Below are positions 8,567 to 19,071 of a stretch of 64,000 nucleotides of DNA, piece after piece. A program made the translations under genes and the position numbers. Under the pieces are notes generated by a model, which saw nothing but the letters and a program-made list of their open reading frames with translations, made no database searches and had not been told where the DNA came from. The stretch is from Actinomycetes bacterium. Its GTDB lineage: Bacteria > Actinomycetota > Thermoleophilia > BMS3ABIN01. The stretch spans positions 2,741 to 66,740 of the forward strand of contig JAJYLW010000011.1 of NCBI GenBank assembly GCA_021787475.1, written 5' to 3'. Position 1 is the stretch's first letter, and the number at the start of each line of letters is the position of its first letter.

Positions 8567-8857
8567 ATGATAAGGAACATGCGTGGATTTGGCCCGGGTT
8601 GGCAGGCCGCTCACCATGGCGTTGGCTCTGATCATGTTTTTGGGGTCATCTTCATGATAGCCCTGCTGGCGCTGATTGTTGTCGCCATCGTTGTTTTGAC
8701 AATGTGGTTGATCAGACACAGAAAATACCACGAAGGCACGGCTGCGGTTGCCGGCGCCGCCGGCGGGACGCCGCTTGATATTCTAAATGTGCGCTATGCC
8801 CGCGGCGAGATCGAAAAAGCCGAATACGAAGAGAAGCGCAAGGAGCTGTCAACATAG
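8567..8857 (+). CDS. SHOCT-domain membrane protein (paralog)
   Basis: TM helix plus PLDILNVRYARGEIEKAEYEEKRKEL. Confidence 0.85.
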   Translation: MIRNMRGFGPGWQAAHHGVGSDHVFGVIFMIALLALIVVAIVVLTMWLIRHRKYHEGTAAVAGAAGGTPLDILNVRYARGEIEKAEYEEKRKELST

Positions 8858-8876
8858 AGCCAATCCCGGCAGGCTC

Positions 8877-8936
8877 TTAGAATCTATCTCAATAGGCTGT
8901 TCGCAGCAGAATATGCTTTTTGAGATAGATTCTTAA
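8877..8936. repeat. MITE/REP-like inverted repeat
   Basis: Perfect 14-bp arms AGAATCTATCTCAA (8879-8892) and TTGAGATAGATTCT (8920-8933). Confidence 0.7.
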
Positions 8937-9068
8937 CCTGCCGTTCCACAAAAACAGAAACGCTGCGAAAAGAAATTCTCGTAAAGCGTTTGATTTTCCG
9001 GCAGAATAGAATATACTGCGGCGAGGTCAAATAATTGCTGGCGATGATCGCTAATTAATAGCTTTTTC

Positions 9069-11681
9069 ATGCCTTTTTATTTCTTCCCAAAAACTGGCAG
9101 GCATTCTCCCGGGCAAAACCTCTCCCGCACCGCGGCGGCGATTTTCGCCTTTCTCCTGGCCGCCCTTTTTTTTGCCGTGCTGGCCGCGCCGGCCCACGCC
9201 GGCACGCTGTGGGAAGAAGACTGGACGCAACACAATCAGGACAGTTGGACTCTCTCCACTCAAACAAATCCAAACGCGCCCACGGATAACTGGAACCTGC
9301 ATACCTACAATCCCAACGTCGGCGGCAGCGGCAGCTCATATGATTCGTTTAAATGGGGAAACGCCGGCGGGGACGAGTACCTGCAGATGCAGGGAGTAAG
9401 CTGGGGGATCGAGTCAAAGCAGGCCTTTAACAAGGACACGCCCATCGACGTCGATACCAAAGTCAGCACCCAGCCCGCCAACTCTAAGACCACCACCTGC
9501 TTTGGCGGCGTCACCATCTACGACGGCGAGAGCGGTTACGAGGAGATCGCCCTGCAGGATGCCGGCGACGGCAATGGCCTCAGGGCGGTTGCCGTCTGGG
9601 ACGCCGGCGGCCCCGCCCATGACCAGTCGATGGCGCTTCCCTCCGTGCCCGGTTTTTCCAACAGCAACCTCTCCGAAGGCGTGTTTTACGACCTGCGCCT
9701 GGTCTACGACGGCCAGGGGCACACGCAGTATTGGGTGAATGGAAATCTGCTCTGGACCAACAGCACGGCCCCGCTGGATTCAAACCCGGACATCTTCTTG
9801 CTCTCGGTTGAGCTAAACTCCGCAGCCGGTTCAAGTGACTGGAATACGCCCGATGACACGCCCTATCAGGTGCAGACCGACTTTAAAAAGGTGACCGTCA
9901 ACGGCTACTACAACCTGTTCAGCAACACCACCCATGTCAACCTGCTTGACCAGCCCGGTCTCGTGAACGTTAATGCGGACCCCGAGTTTGGCCAGAACTG
10001 CGGCACCTACGAGCAGTGCGATTACCTGCAGCTGGCAACGGATCAGTCCATGGGGATGTACTTCGACCCATCCGGCTACACTCTGTCGCCGGTAATTGAC
10101 ATCACGAAATATACCGCCCGGTACCCCGGCATCAGATGGGGGGAGGTGCTGACAACCACCGCCTTAAACGGCCAGGACCTTTACGTCCAGGTGCTCCAGC
10201 CGGGCGCCGGACTGGTGCCGGACTCGGATCTGCCCGGCAACTCGCGCGGGTTTCGCGGAAATTCGATTGTCCTTTCCGGCCTGGATATTCACAAATATCC
10301 CCAACTGCAGTTGATGGCAACTTTCAGATCATTATGTTACCCGTGCCAAAAAAGCCCGCTGCTGCTTGACTGGACGCTTACTTTTGGCACGCGCTCCTTC
10401 TTCACCTGGTACGATCAGCAAAGCCCGGGGATGAGGGACTGGCTGCTTGCGGCCGACCCCAGCTACTACGGCGGCGAGGCCCACTTCTGGGCCACGTTGG
10501 GAAATCCGCCGCTGGCGGGGGCCTACCTGGACTCCAAGCACGGCAAGTCGGCGTTCACGACCTGGCAGGGAAAGATGGGGGGGCCGGTGACCGTCAATAA
10601 GCTGTCGGCGCTGCCGGCGGTAATCTCCCAAAGGGTGCTTTACGGCAACTCGCTGGAGGAGACGCCGGCGGTTGACGAAAGCAGGCTCTCCGACCAGTAT
10701 TACTGGACCTGGTACGATGAGGCCAGTCCCGGCTTTAAAAACTGGGTGTTGATCGGAAACCCGAGCACGACCGACGCCGTCACGGCCCAAATATCATTTT
10801 TTGACAGGGTATCGCAAACCCGGGTCACAGGGACTTATAACATCGCCCCCGGAGCGAGGGTGACTCCTGATTTCCCCGGCCGGATGGGCGGCCCCGTCCT
10901 GGTGAACGCCTGGAAGCAGGGTTCGCCGGGCGCCCCCGAGAATGTCATTGCTTCCCAGCGCGTGACAACCGGAAACGGCGCCGCCTTTAATGAGGTGGGA
11001 GGCATTCCCGCCGGGCAGTACTCGGAGCTCGGAAACGATTATTACTGGACTTGGTACGACAACCAGAGCGGCGGCGCCCAGAACTGGGTGCTGGTGGCCA
11101 ATCCCGGCAGCGCAACGGTCTACTATCAGATCAGCATCGCCGGCGGCTGCCAGAACGGCGACCCCCGCCGCTGCCTGTCCGGACCGCTTGCCGCCGGCCA
11201 GGAAGTGACGCCCACCTTCCCGGGAATCATGGGAGGCCCGGTGGAAGTGCAGGCCTGGTCGGACGGCGTTGGCGGCGGCCAGCCCGCCAACGTGATCGCT
11301 TCCCAGAGAAGCATCTGGGGCCCCTCGTTTGAAGAGGTGCCGGGCTTCCGTTCGGCAGCCCTTTCCTCTTCATATGACTGGACCTGGTACGACAATCTTT
11401 CTCTCGGCTCCCTCAACTGGATCCTGCTCGCCAATACGGAAAACCAGTACGTCACTGCGGACGTCTACATCGGGGGAGTTTACAGGGGGTCTTACACGCT
11501 GGCGCCCAAGGGAACGCCGGGCTCGATGGCCTATCCCCGCTACCCGGGCGTCATGGGCGGCCTGGTGGAAGTCCAGGCCCACTCGCCGGGCGGCGCCACG
11601 CCGCAAAATATTTTAGCCTCGCAGCGGGTGACCTGGAGCGGTTATTTTAACGAGGTCCAGGGAACGGTTCTGAGCAAGTAA
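9069..11681 (+). CDS. Secreted 870-aa protein, beta-rich N-terminus plus four C-terminal WYD repeats
   Basis: Signal peptide ending AHA; four copies of [FY]xWYD...[ND]W[VI]L...MGG[PL]V...SQR...[FL]xE. Confidence 0.85.
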   Translation: MPFYFFPKTGRHSPGQNLSRTAAAIFAFLLAALFFAVLAAPAHAGTLWEEDWTQHNQDSWTLSTQTNPNAPTDNWNLHTYNPNVGGSGSSYDSFKWGNAGGDEYLQMQGVSWGIESKQAFNKDTPIDVDTKVSTQPANSKTTTCFGGVTIYDGESGYEEIALQDAGDGNGLRAVAVWDAGGPAHDQSMALPSVPGFSNSNLSEGVFYDLRLVYDGQGHTQYWVNGNLLWTNSTAPLDSNPDIFLLSVELNSAAGSSDWNTPDDTPYQVQTDFKKVTVNGYYNLFSNTTHVNLLDQPGLVNVNADPEFGQNCGTYEQCDYLQLATDQSMGMYFDPSGYTLSPVIDITKYTARYPGIRWGEVLTTTALNGQDLYVQVLQPGAGLVPDSDLPGNSRGFRGNSIVLSGLDIHKYPQLQLMATFRSLCYPCQKSPLLLDWTLTFGTRSFFTWYDQQSPGMRDWLLAADPSYYGGEAHFWATLGNPPLAGAYLDSKHGKSAFTTWQGKMGGPVTVNKLSALPAVISQRVLYGNSLEETPAVDESRLSDQYYWTWYDEASPGFKNWVLIGNPSTTDAVTAQISFFDRVSQTRVTGTYNIAPGARVTPDFPGRMGGPVLVNAWKQGSPGAPENVIASQRVTTGNGAAFNEVGGIPAGQYSELGNDYYWTWYDNQSGGAQNWVLVANPGSATVYYQISIAGGCQNGDPRRCLSGPLAAGQEVTPTFPGIMGGPVEVQAWSDGVGGGQPANVIASQRSIWGPSFEEVPGFRSAALSSSYDWTWYDNLSLGSLNWILLANTENQYVTADVYIGGVYRGSYTLAPKGTPGSMAYPRYPGVMGGLVEVQAHSPGGATPQNILASQRVTWSGYFNEVQGTVLSK

Positions 11682-11796
11682 CGGCCGGCAGGCTTTGGTA
11701 GATGGCAGGCTTTCCAGCCTGCCTTTGGAGGGTTCACTCTGCTCATACGCCCTGCTCTGCACAGGCAAAAGCCTGTGCCTGCCAAAAAGCCCGTGC

Positions 11797-12525
11797 CTAC
11801 CGGCGCGCCGTCGTTTTGAGCTGCTCGGCTCCGATCTGCTGGATCCCCGCCGCGGCCAGATCAAGCAGCCGGTCAAGCGCCTCGCGGGAGAATGCCTCCC
11901 CTTCAGCGGTCGCCTGCAGCTCGACCAGCTCGCCGGCGCCGGTCATCACCACGTTCATATCCACCTCGGCGGTGCTGTCCTCCTCGTAATCCAGGTCCAG
12001 GATAGGCCCCCCCCCCCGGACGCCGACGCTGACGGCGGCGACGGAATCCTTAAGCGGCAGTTCCTTGATGAAATCCCTGTCGACCAGCCGTGCCAGCGCC
12101 AGGTGGAGGGCGACGTAGGCGCCGGAAACCGAGGCGCAGCGGGTGCCGCCGTCGGCCTGGATGACGTCGCAGTCAATCCAGACGGTGCGGTCGCCCAGGG
12201 CGCGCATGTCCACCGCCGCCCGCAGACTGCGCCCGACAAGCCTCTGGATCTCGACGGTGCGCCCCTCCTGCTTTCCCCTGATGGCTTCACGGATTTTCCG
12301 CCCCGGTGTCGCCGACGGCAGCATGCTGTACTCAGCCGTAACCCAGCCGCTGCCCTTGCCGCGCAACCAGGGGGGAACGCCGTCCTGGACGGTGGCGGCG
12401 CAGATTACCTTCGTCTTGCCGGCCTCAATCAGCACCGAGCCGTCAGCCCATTCGATAAAGCCGGGCGTAAACTTAAGCGGCCTGATGGCGTCCCGCGGGC
12501 GGCCGTCCGGCCGCTGGGGAGCCAT
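11797..12525 (-). CDS. rph: Ribonuclease PH
   Basis: GWVTAEYSMLP, IQADGGTRCAS, DLDYEEDS motifs. Confidence 0.97.
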   Translation of the reverse strand: MAPQRPDGRPRDAIRPLKFTPGFIEWADGSVLIEAGKTKVICAATVQDGVPPWLRGKGSGWVTAEYSMLPSATPGRKIREAIRGKQEGRTVEIQRLVGRSLRAAVDMRALGDRTVWIDCDVIQADGGTRCASVSGAYVALHLALARLVDRDFIKELPLKDSVAAVSVGVRGGGPILDLDYEEDSTAEVDMNVVMTGAGELVELQATAEGEAFSREALDRLLDLAAAGIQQIGAEQLKTTARR

Positions 12526-12550
12526 TATGACTTCTGCCCTGGGTAAATAT

Positions 12551-13375
12551 TCACGCCACGCCCATCCTTTCCAGTCCTGAAATCTGAATCTTGCTCACAT
12601 TCTCAAAAGGCATCTGCAAAAAGCGCGCCCCCACTTCGACGAACGATTTGACATCGCCTGTGCAAAGGAACGAGTATCTTCCCTCTCGCCCGGCCTGGTT
12701 TTGCGCTCCCTTGCGCCTCAGGGTCGCGGCCGCCAGCCGGGCAATCTCCCGGGCGGGATTGACCAGCGTCACATCCCTGCCCAGAATCCGTTTCAGCATC
12801 GGCATCACCAGGGGGTAATGCGTACAGCCGAGGATGACCGTGTCGACGCCAGCGGCTTTGAGCGGCGCCGCGTAACTTTTGACAACATCGATCATTTTCG
12901 GTGATGAGACGTCACCGTTCTGGATCATGGAAGCAAGCCGCGGGCAGGCCTGCGAGACCACATCGAGGCCGGCGTCCAGGTCGAGCAGGGCCCGCCGGTA
13001 GCTGCCGCTGGCGACGGTGGCCTCGGTGGCCATGACGCCCACACGGCGGTTCCTGGTAATTTGCACCGCCGCCTCGGATTCAGGGAAGACCGCCCCGATT
13101 ATGGCGGCGTCGAGCCGCTCCTGCAACCAGGGCAGCGCCGCCGCGGTAGCCGAGTTGCACGCCACCACCAGCAGCTTGACGTTCAGGGCGAGAAGATGGG
13201 ATGCAATCTGGCCGGCAAATTCCCTGATCTGCCCAGGCGGCCTGGGCCCGTAGGGGAAGCGGCCATTGTCGCCCAGGTAAATAAAATCCTCCTCAGGCAT
13301 CGCCACCAGGCACTCGTGCAGAACGGTCAGCCCGCCCACGCCCGAATCGAACATGCCGATTGGCCGCGTGTCCAA
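12551..13375 (-). CDS. murI: Glutamate racemase
   Basis: FDSGVGGLTV, VVACNSAT, LGCTHYP. Confidence 0.97.
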   Translation of the reverse strand: MDTRPIGMFDSGVGGLTVLHECLVAMPEEDFIYLGDNGRFPYGPRPPGQIREFAGQIASHLLALNVKLLVVACNSATAAALPWLQERLDAAIIGAVFPESEAAVQITRNRRVGVMATEATVASGSYRRALLDLDAGLDVVSQACPRLASMIQNGDVSSPKMIDVVKSYAAPLKAAGVDTVILGCTHYPLVMPMLKRILGRDVTLVNPAREIARLAAATLRRKGAQNQAGREGRYSFLCTGDVKSFVEVGARFLQMPFENVSKIQISGLERMGVA

Positions 13376-13378
13376 ACC

Positions 13379-14236
13379 CTACCGCCTCCGCCGCCACTCC
13401 CGGCGGCGGCCGCCGGCGCCATCTTCTCCCTGATTCTGAAGCGGCGGCAGAATCTCATCCAGGGATGCCTCGATCTGCCTGCCTTCGCCTATATCTATTG
13501 TCAGGCTCCCCCGGGGAACGCAGTAATCGACGACGGTGCCCTCGCCCCTGCCGGTCCTGACAAGAGCGCCCTTCCGGGGAGCCAGGCCCTTGAACTCCCG
13601 ATAGCATTCATGCTCATATTTAAGACAGCACATCAACCGGCCGCAGATGCCTGAAATCTTCATCGGATTCAAGGGGAGGTTCTGGTCTTTTGCCATTTTG
13701 ATGGAGACAGGCTGCTGGTCTCCGGCAAACATGGTGCAACACATCTTGCGGCCGCAGGGGCCATAGCCGCCGATAAGCCTCGCCTCGTCGCGGACGCCTA
13801 CTTGCCGGAACTCGATCCTGGTGCGGAATTTCTTGGCCAGGTATTCCACCAACTGGCGGAAATCCACCCTTTCTTCGGAGAAAAACGAGAGGATGATCTT
13901 GCTGCCGTCAAAAACTACCTCTGTTCTGATCAGCCTCATATCCAGGCCAAACTCTTGGATTTTTTCTTCGCAAACCTGCGCCGCCCGGCCCGCCAGCTTC
14001 TGGTTGCGCTCGGCCGCGGCCAGATCGGCGGAGCTGGCGATGCGAACAACCTTCTCCAGCGGCGCGACAATCTCGCTCTCGGGAACCTCGTGGTTGGCGG
14101 CCACCACCTTCCCCAGCTCAATGCCCCTGCCGGTGCGGACGATCACCTGATCGCCCACGCCGAGGCTTAACCCGGCGGGATCAAAAGAGTAGACCTTACC
14201 GCCACTCCGGAAAACGATTTCAACCAGCTCAGGCAA
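13379..14236 (-). CDS. PSP1/RicT (YaaT) family protein
   Basis: FFSEERVDFRQLV, GPCGRKMCC, ISGICGRLMCCLKYE; TTG start 14236 with GAGGT RBS. Confidence 0.9.
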   Translation of the reverse strand: MPELVEIVFRSGGKVYSFDPAGLSLGVGDQVIVRTGRGIELGKVVAANHEVPESEIVAPLEKVVRIASSADLAAAERNQKLAGRAAQVCEEKIQEFGLDMRLIRTEVVFDGSKIILSFFSEERVDFRQLVEYLAKKFRTRIEFRQVGVRDEARLIGGYGPCGRKMCCTMFAGDQQPVSIKMAKDQNLPLNPMKISGICGRLMCCLKYEHECYREFKGLAPRKGALVRTGRGEGTVVDYCVPRGSLTIDIGEGRQIEASLDEILPPLQNQGEDGAGGRRREWRRRR

Positions 14237-14237
14237 A

Positions 14238-15344
14238 CTATAAAACCTCTGCCAATTCATAAAACATGGCCATAAGAACAAGCCCCAAGTCAATATTATA
14301 GACCAGTTTCTTGCGCGTATTCTCAATGACGCCAACGGCGGCAAGGTAATTGTCAAGCCGGGACGGGAGCGCTAGGTCGTCCAGCTCCAGCTCGTAGTCC
14401 CTGTTTAAAACTGAATCCCGGGCGCCGGCCGCAACCGCCGCCATATCCCGATACCAGGACGCAAGCATATCAAGCGCCAGGGCCAGCTCCCATTTCTGGG
14501 CCGCTCCTGTCCGGCGGTGGGCATCCTGCTGCCTCTGCTTCGGGCTCCTGCCAGGCCAGTCCGGCAGCTCATCGCCGCTTCCTTCTGCCGCCGCAGCCGC
14601 TTCGAGCAACGCTGATTGAACGGCCGCCGCCATCGCGGCTGCGTCCTGACTCCCGCCTCGCGCCAGCCTCGCTGCGATGCCCAGGTAAAGCTCCCGGCGC
14701 CCGGCCAGTTTCGCATCCGTCCACAAGGCCTCGGCCAACCCCAGGTTGCCGCCGCTAACCCGCGCAAACGCTTCCGCTTTTGGGGCAGAAACCTGATATT
14801 TGTCAAAGAGATAAGACTCGACGTCAGATGCAGGTGCCCGGCTGAAGCGGATAATCTGGCAACGGGAAACAATTGTGGGCAGCACTTCCCGGGGCCGCGA
14901 GGCCAGCAGCAGGAAAAAAACAAAAGGAGGCGGCTCCTCGAGCGACTTAAGAAAAGCGTTGGCGCCTGCGGCATTTAACGCGCCGGCATCGCCGATGATG
15001 AAAACCCGCGCCCGCGATTCATGCGGCCGCATATTCAGGGTACGGTTGACCTCGCGGATCTGGTCAACCATGATCTGTGAACCGGCCGGCTCAATAACGG
15101 CGATGTCGGGGTGAGTCCCCCTTGCCGCCTTCCGGCAGGTGGAACAGGAGCCGCAACCATCCTTACGGCAGCAAAGGGCGGCGCCAAACTTCAGCGCCGC
15201 TGTCCGCTTGCCGCTGCCGGGCGGGCCGGCAAACAAATATGCATGGCGCGGCCTCTTTCGAGCCAGCGCCGCTGTTAACAGGCGGGCGGCGTGGGGTTGG
15301 CCAATCAAACCATCAAACAACCCAATTCCGAGTTCCGAGTTCAA
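14238..15344 (-). CDS. holB: DNA polymerase III delta' subunit
   Basis: HAYLFAGPPGSGK, zinc module, AGANAFLKSLEEP, TIVSRC; start uncertain (about 15320). Confidence 0.92.
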   Translation of the reverse strand: MNSELGIGLFDGLIGQPHAARLLTAALARKRPRHAYLFAGPPGSGKRTAALKFGAALCCRKDGCGSCSTCRKAARGTHPDIAVIEPAGSQIMVDQIREVNRTLNMRPHESRARVFIIGDAGALNAAGANAFLKSLEEPPPFVFFLLLASRPREVLPTIVSRCQIIRFSRAPASDVESYLFDKYQVSAPKAEAFARVSGGNLGLAEALWTDAKLAGRRELYLGIAARLARGGSQDAAAMAAAVQSALLEAAAAAEGSGDELPDWPGRSPKQRQQDAHRRTGAAQKWELALALDMLASWYRDMAAVAAGARDSVLNRDYELELDDLALPSRLDNYLAAVGVIENTRKKLVYNIDLGLVLMAMFYELAEVL

Positions 15345-15370
15345 AGTTCAGTTCCGAGTTCCGAGTTCCA
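15324..15370. repeat. Heptamer tandem array (AGTTCCG)n
   Basis: Six heptamer units plus one partial unit between tmk and holB. Confidence 0.8.
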
Positions 15371-15384
15371 AAAATTTATAGCGA

Positions 15385-16023
15385 TTATTTACCATTTGTC
15401 AAATTAATGCCGAGCCGCTGCCTGCATTCGGCAAGCACGCGCCCGTGCACCTCGCTGATTTCCAGGGCGCCGTCAATTCCCACTATGCGCCCGGGGTACA
15501 TCTCTTCCAGTTGCCGGTATCCGGCCTCGACGCGGCGATGAAACTCAAGCGGCTCGCCCTCGATGCGGTCGCGGCCGGCCTGGCGCCCGGCCAGCCGCCG
15601 CCGGGACGCATCAACATCGAGATGGAAGACAAAAGTGAGATCTGGCATCAAGCCGCCGGTTGCCCCCATATTGAGATCAAGCACGCGCTCAATACCGAGG
15701 CCGCGGGCGATCCCCTGGTAAACGAGCGAGGAATCAATATAACGGTCCGAGAGTACGAGTTTTCCCTCGCCCAGCGCCGGCCTGATCATCTCCTTGACCA
15801 GCTGCGCCCGCGCCGCCGCGTAAAGCAGCGTCTCGGCCCACGGGTCCATGCCGCTGTGCTCAGGCCCCAAAAGCAGCTTCCGGATCGCCTCGCCGATCGC
15901 CGTGCCGCCGGGCTCCCGCACGCATAAAAAGGAAAGCCCGGCCGACTTGAAGGCGCGGGCAAGAAGATCTAGCTGGGTGGATTTGCCGCTTTGATCAATC
16001 CCCTCAAAGGTGATGAAATACAT
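15385..16023 (-). CDS. tmk: Thymidylate kinase
   Basis: FITFEGIDQSGKSTQ, REPGGT, SDRY. Confidence 0.97.
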   Translation of the reverse strand: MYFITFEGIDQSGKSTQLDLLARAFKSAGLSFLCVREPGGTAIGEAIRKLLLGPEHSGMDPWAETLLYAAARAQLVKEMIRPALGEGKLVLSDRYIDSSLVYQGIARGLGIERVLDLNMGATGGLMPDLTFVFHLDVDASRRRLAGRQAGRDRIEGEPLEFHRRVEAGYRQLEEMYPGRIVGIDGALEISEVHGRVLAECRQRLGINLTNGK

Positions 16024-16028
16024 TGCCC

Positions 16029-18095
16029 CTAGGAAGCTCCCTGTTTCTGGGCTTTTTTCAGCTTGTACTCCTCTTTGGTCGGGCAGTCTGGATCAATGCA
16101 GAGTTCCCACGGCCGGCGGCCCTTGGTAAGCACCTTGATCTTGGGTGAGCCGCATTCCGGGCAAGTTTTATAGGTGGGCATGATGCTGCCGCGCTGAGGG
16201 AGGGGATAGGTGGTCGAGCATTCCGGATATCCCTCGCAGCCAACAAAGCGCTTCTTGGTCCTCTTGGAGCGGATAACCCGGAGCTGCTTGCCGCAGTTGG
16301 GACAGGCGCCCACGAGCTTGTCCTCCTGGATCCCCTTGACGATCTCTCCGGCCAGAGCCTCCTTGTTTTTCTCCATCATTTCATAAGCCTCGTGAAGCAG
16401 GGTGCGCGACCGTTGCACAACCTCTTCCCGGGTAATCCTGGACTCGGCAATATCGCTCATTTCCTTCTCCAGCTCCGCCGTCATCTCCGGCCTGGTGATC
16501 AGGCTGGCGTAGGTGTCAAGCGCTCTGATCATGGAGATGCCGGTCTCGGTTGGTTCCGCGGGAGTGTTGCGAATGTAGCCGCGGTCGTACAGCGTTTGCA
16601 GAATGCTGTGGCGTGTTGCCTTTGTTCCCAGGCCGTTTTGCTCCATCAACTCAATCAGCCGCCCCTGGCCATAGCGTCCGGGCGGCTGGGTTTCCTTTGA
16701 TTCCAGAAAGACTTTTATCACCTGAACCTGCTGACCCTCCTTGAGCTTGGGCATCTCGTAATCCTTGCTGCGCCCGTAGGGATAATACGCCAGCCAGCCC
16801 TCATCCACGATACGGGAGCCGGACAGCATGAACGGCTCGCCCCCGATGTCCAGGTCAATGCGGCCCGTCTCTGAAACTGCGGCGTCGCCCAGCGTCGCCA
16901 GGAACCGCCGCGCCACCAGTTGCCAGATCTTCCACTGGGCTTCGTCAACATCCCCCGGCTTGGGCACACCGGCGGGATAAATGGGGGGATGGTCCGTTGT
17001 TTCCTTCTTGCCCCGCGTCGGCTTTAGCTCTTCCCGCTGAAGCAGCTCGCCAGCATGGTCTTTCAGATCGCTGCTGGCGGTAAGCTGCCTCAGAATTTCC
17101 TTTAAATCAAGCGACTGCGGATAAATGGTGTTGTCGGTCCGCGGGTAGCTGATGTAACCTGCCAGGTAAAGGTCTTCCGCCAGCCGGACAGCCCGAGCAG
17201 CCGAAAAGCCCAAGGCCGTGGCCGCCTTTGTATATGCAGTCGTATTAAAGGGAGGCGGGGGCGCCAGCTGTTTCTGCGAAGTCTTGACGCCGGTGACAAG
17301 CCCGGTCTTTGCCGAACCGGCCTGGTCCAGGGCTGACTGCGCCGCTTCCTGCTCCTGAAAACGCTCCGTCTTGTGCCTCGCGGCAAAGGGCCCTGCTTCT
17401 GCCGTCAGATCGGCAAAAACCTGCCAGTAAGGCACCGGCGCAAACGCTCGCCGTTCCAGCTCGCGCTCGACGATCAGCCTGAGGGTAGGGCTCTGTACCC
17501 GGCCGACGGAAAGAAACTGGCTTCCCAGCCGGGAGGTCGCAAGCGAGATATAGCGAGTCAGCGTCGCCCCCCAGATCAGATCGATATCCTGACGGGCCTC
17601 GCCGGCCTTGGCCAGCGGCACCGAGAGCTCAACCGTATTGGCAAAGGCGTGGCGGATTTCCTCTGCGGTCAGCGCCGAGTAACGGGCGCGCTTGACATGC
17701 TTGGCCAGCTCCGGATTGGCCTCGAGAGCCAACTCCAACGCTTCCAGCCCGATCAACTCCCCCTCGCGGTCATAGTCGGTGGCGATGATGATGCGGCTGG
17801 CCTCTTTGGCGGTCTTTTTCAGCGCATTTACCACCGCTTTGGCCGAGGGGGCCTTGACCAGGTCGGCATCGATCAGCTCACGCGGATCCACCTTGCGCCA
17901 GTCGGAGTACTCCGGCGGATACTCGAGCTGGAGAATGTGCCCCTTGAGCCCGATCGAGACGAACTGCTCGCCACCACCATTCGTAAAAGCGTAAAAGGGA
18001 ATCTTGTAATAGGAATCCGCCTTCACCTTGCCTGAGCCCAATATCTCGGCAATCTTTCTGGCGGCGGTATTTTTTTCCGTGACAATCAGTTTCAT
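16029..18095 (-). CDS. topA: DNA topoisomerase I
   Basis: Toprim ATDYDREGE, SVGRVQSPTL, ISYPRTD, C-terminal zinc ribbons. Confidence 0.95.
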   Translation of the reverse strand: MKLIVTEKNTAARKIAEILGSGKVKADSYYKIPFYAFTNGGGEQFVSIGLKGHILQLEYPPEYSDWRKVDPRELIDADLVKAPSAKAVVNALKKTAKEASRIIIATDYDREGELIGLEALELALEANPELAKHVKRARYSALTAEEIRHAFANTVELSVPLAKAGEARQDIDLIWGATLTRYISLATSRLGSQFLSVGRVQSPTLRLIVERELERRAFAPVPYWQVFADLTAEAGPFAARHKTERFQEQEAAQSALDQAGSAKTGLVTGVKTSQKQLAPPPPFNTTAYTKAATALGFSAARAVRLAEDLYLAGYISYPRTDNTIYPQSLDLKEILRQLTASSDLKDHAGELLQREELKPTRGKKETTDHPPIYPAGVPKPGDVDEAQWKIWQLVARRFLATLGDAAVSETGRIDLDIGGEPFMLSGSRIVDEGWLAYYPYGRSKDYEMPKLKEGQQVQVIKVFLESKETQPPGRYGQGRLIELMEQNGLGTKATRHSILQTLYDRGYIRNTPAEPTETGISMIRALDTYASLITRPEMTAELEKEMSDIAESRITREEVVQRSRTLLHEAYEMMEKNKEALAGEIVKGIQEDKLVGACPNCGKQLRVIRSKRTKKRFVGCEGYPECSTTYPLPQRGSIMPTYKTCPECGSPKIKVLTKGRRPWELCIDPDCPTKEEYKLKKAQKQGAS

Positions 18096-18314
18096 AGATC
18101 GGAATCCGGATTCAGAATGCTGGATGTCGGTTCAAGCCAATTTGGTTTTCTCATTGTTAGCCGCGTTTTTTGATTTCCTAAACATCGGTCTTTTCGTCAC
18201 CGTTTAAAAAAGCTTTATAACCGGATTTTGTATTTTGGGAACGGGATGTCGGAAAAACCGCCGTGCAAATAGGGTTTATAGCACAAAAAGCGAAGGAGGG
18301 GGAACCCGGGGGCG

Positions 18315-18959
18315 CTAGTGGGAAGCAGGCGCCGGCGCTCCCGGAGGCGCAGCGGTCGTTGACGGGCCGGTCTGCGCCGGGTGGGCCAGTTGGTTGATCT
18401 GATCCTTGATCTGGGAGGCGTAGCTGCTATTTGGCGCCAGCTGCAGATACCTGGTCCAGGCCTGAATCGCCGCCTGATTTTGGAGGGCGTTTTTCTCCGC
18501 CAGGCCGAGCTCAAGGAAAGCATCGGTATTGGTTGGATCGACCGTCGTCGCCTGAGTCAGAATCTTGGCCGCCGAAGCCGGGTCATTAAGATCGTTCAGA
18601 TATATGTTGCCCATCTCCAGGCGCACGTTTACATCCTTGGGAACAAGCGTCAGATACTTGTTGAACCAGTTAATGGCGTCCTGGTAGCGCTTGACGTCAT
18701 CGCCGGCGTATAAAGTGGCCAGTTGCGCGATGGAAACCGTGTCATTTGGATTCTTCTTGATCTGGCCGAGGAGATAATTCTCCCGGTCCTTTACAGAGCT
18801 GGACGCCGAGACATTGGAAGAGTTTTGGGCGCAGCCGGCAAAAACATTCCCGGTTTTGGACCCAACCCCGAGGACGATGCCGCTGAGGGCGAAGATCAAG
18901 GCCAGAAAGATGGCGAACCACTTGGCAATGCGATTTATTTTTTTACGGTTAAGCAGCAC
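18315..18959 (-). CDS. Membrane-anchored TPR protein
   Basis: N-terminal TM helix, TPR-like helical repeats. Confidence 0.8.
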   Translation of the reverse strand: MLLNRKKINRIAKWFAIFLALIFALSGIVLGVGSKTGNVFAGCAQNSSNVSASSSVKDRENYLLGQIKKNPNDTVSIAQLATLYAGDDVKRYQDAINWFNKYLTLVPKDVNVRLEMGNIYLNDLNDPASAAKILTQATTVDPTNTDAFLELGLAEKNALQNQAAIQAWTRYLQLAPNSSYASQIKDQINQLAHPAQTGPSTTAAPPGAPAPASH

Positions 18960-19071
18960 GATTGGAAAAAATAAGAAGTAATAGAACCTGAAATATTATA
19001 GCTAAAAGAAGCAGCGCAGGTAACATGAGCCGGCCCGGCCTAACCGGGCCGGTCCCAAACCTTGCCAGCGC

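Noticed and set aside
11682-11796. Novel ncRNA from GGCAGGC/GCCTGCC hairpins
   Set aside because: Adequately explained as terminator hairpins between convergent genes.
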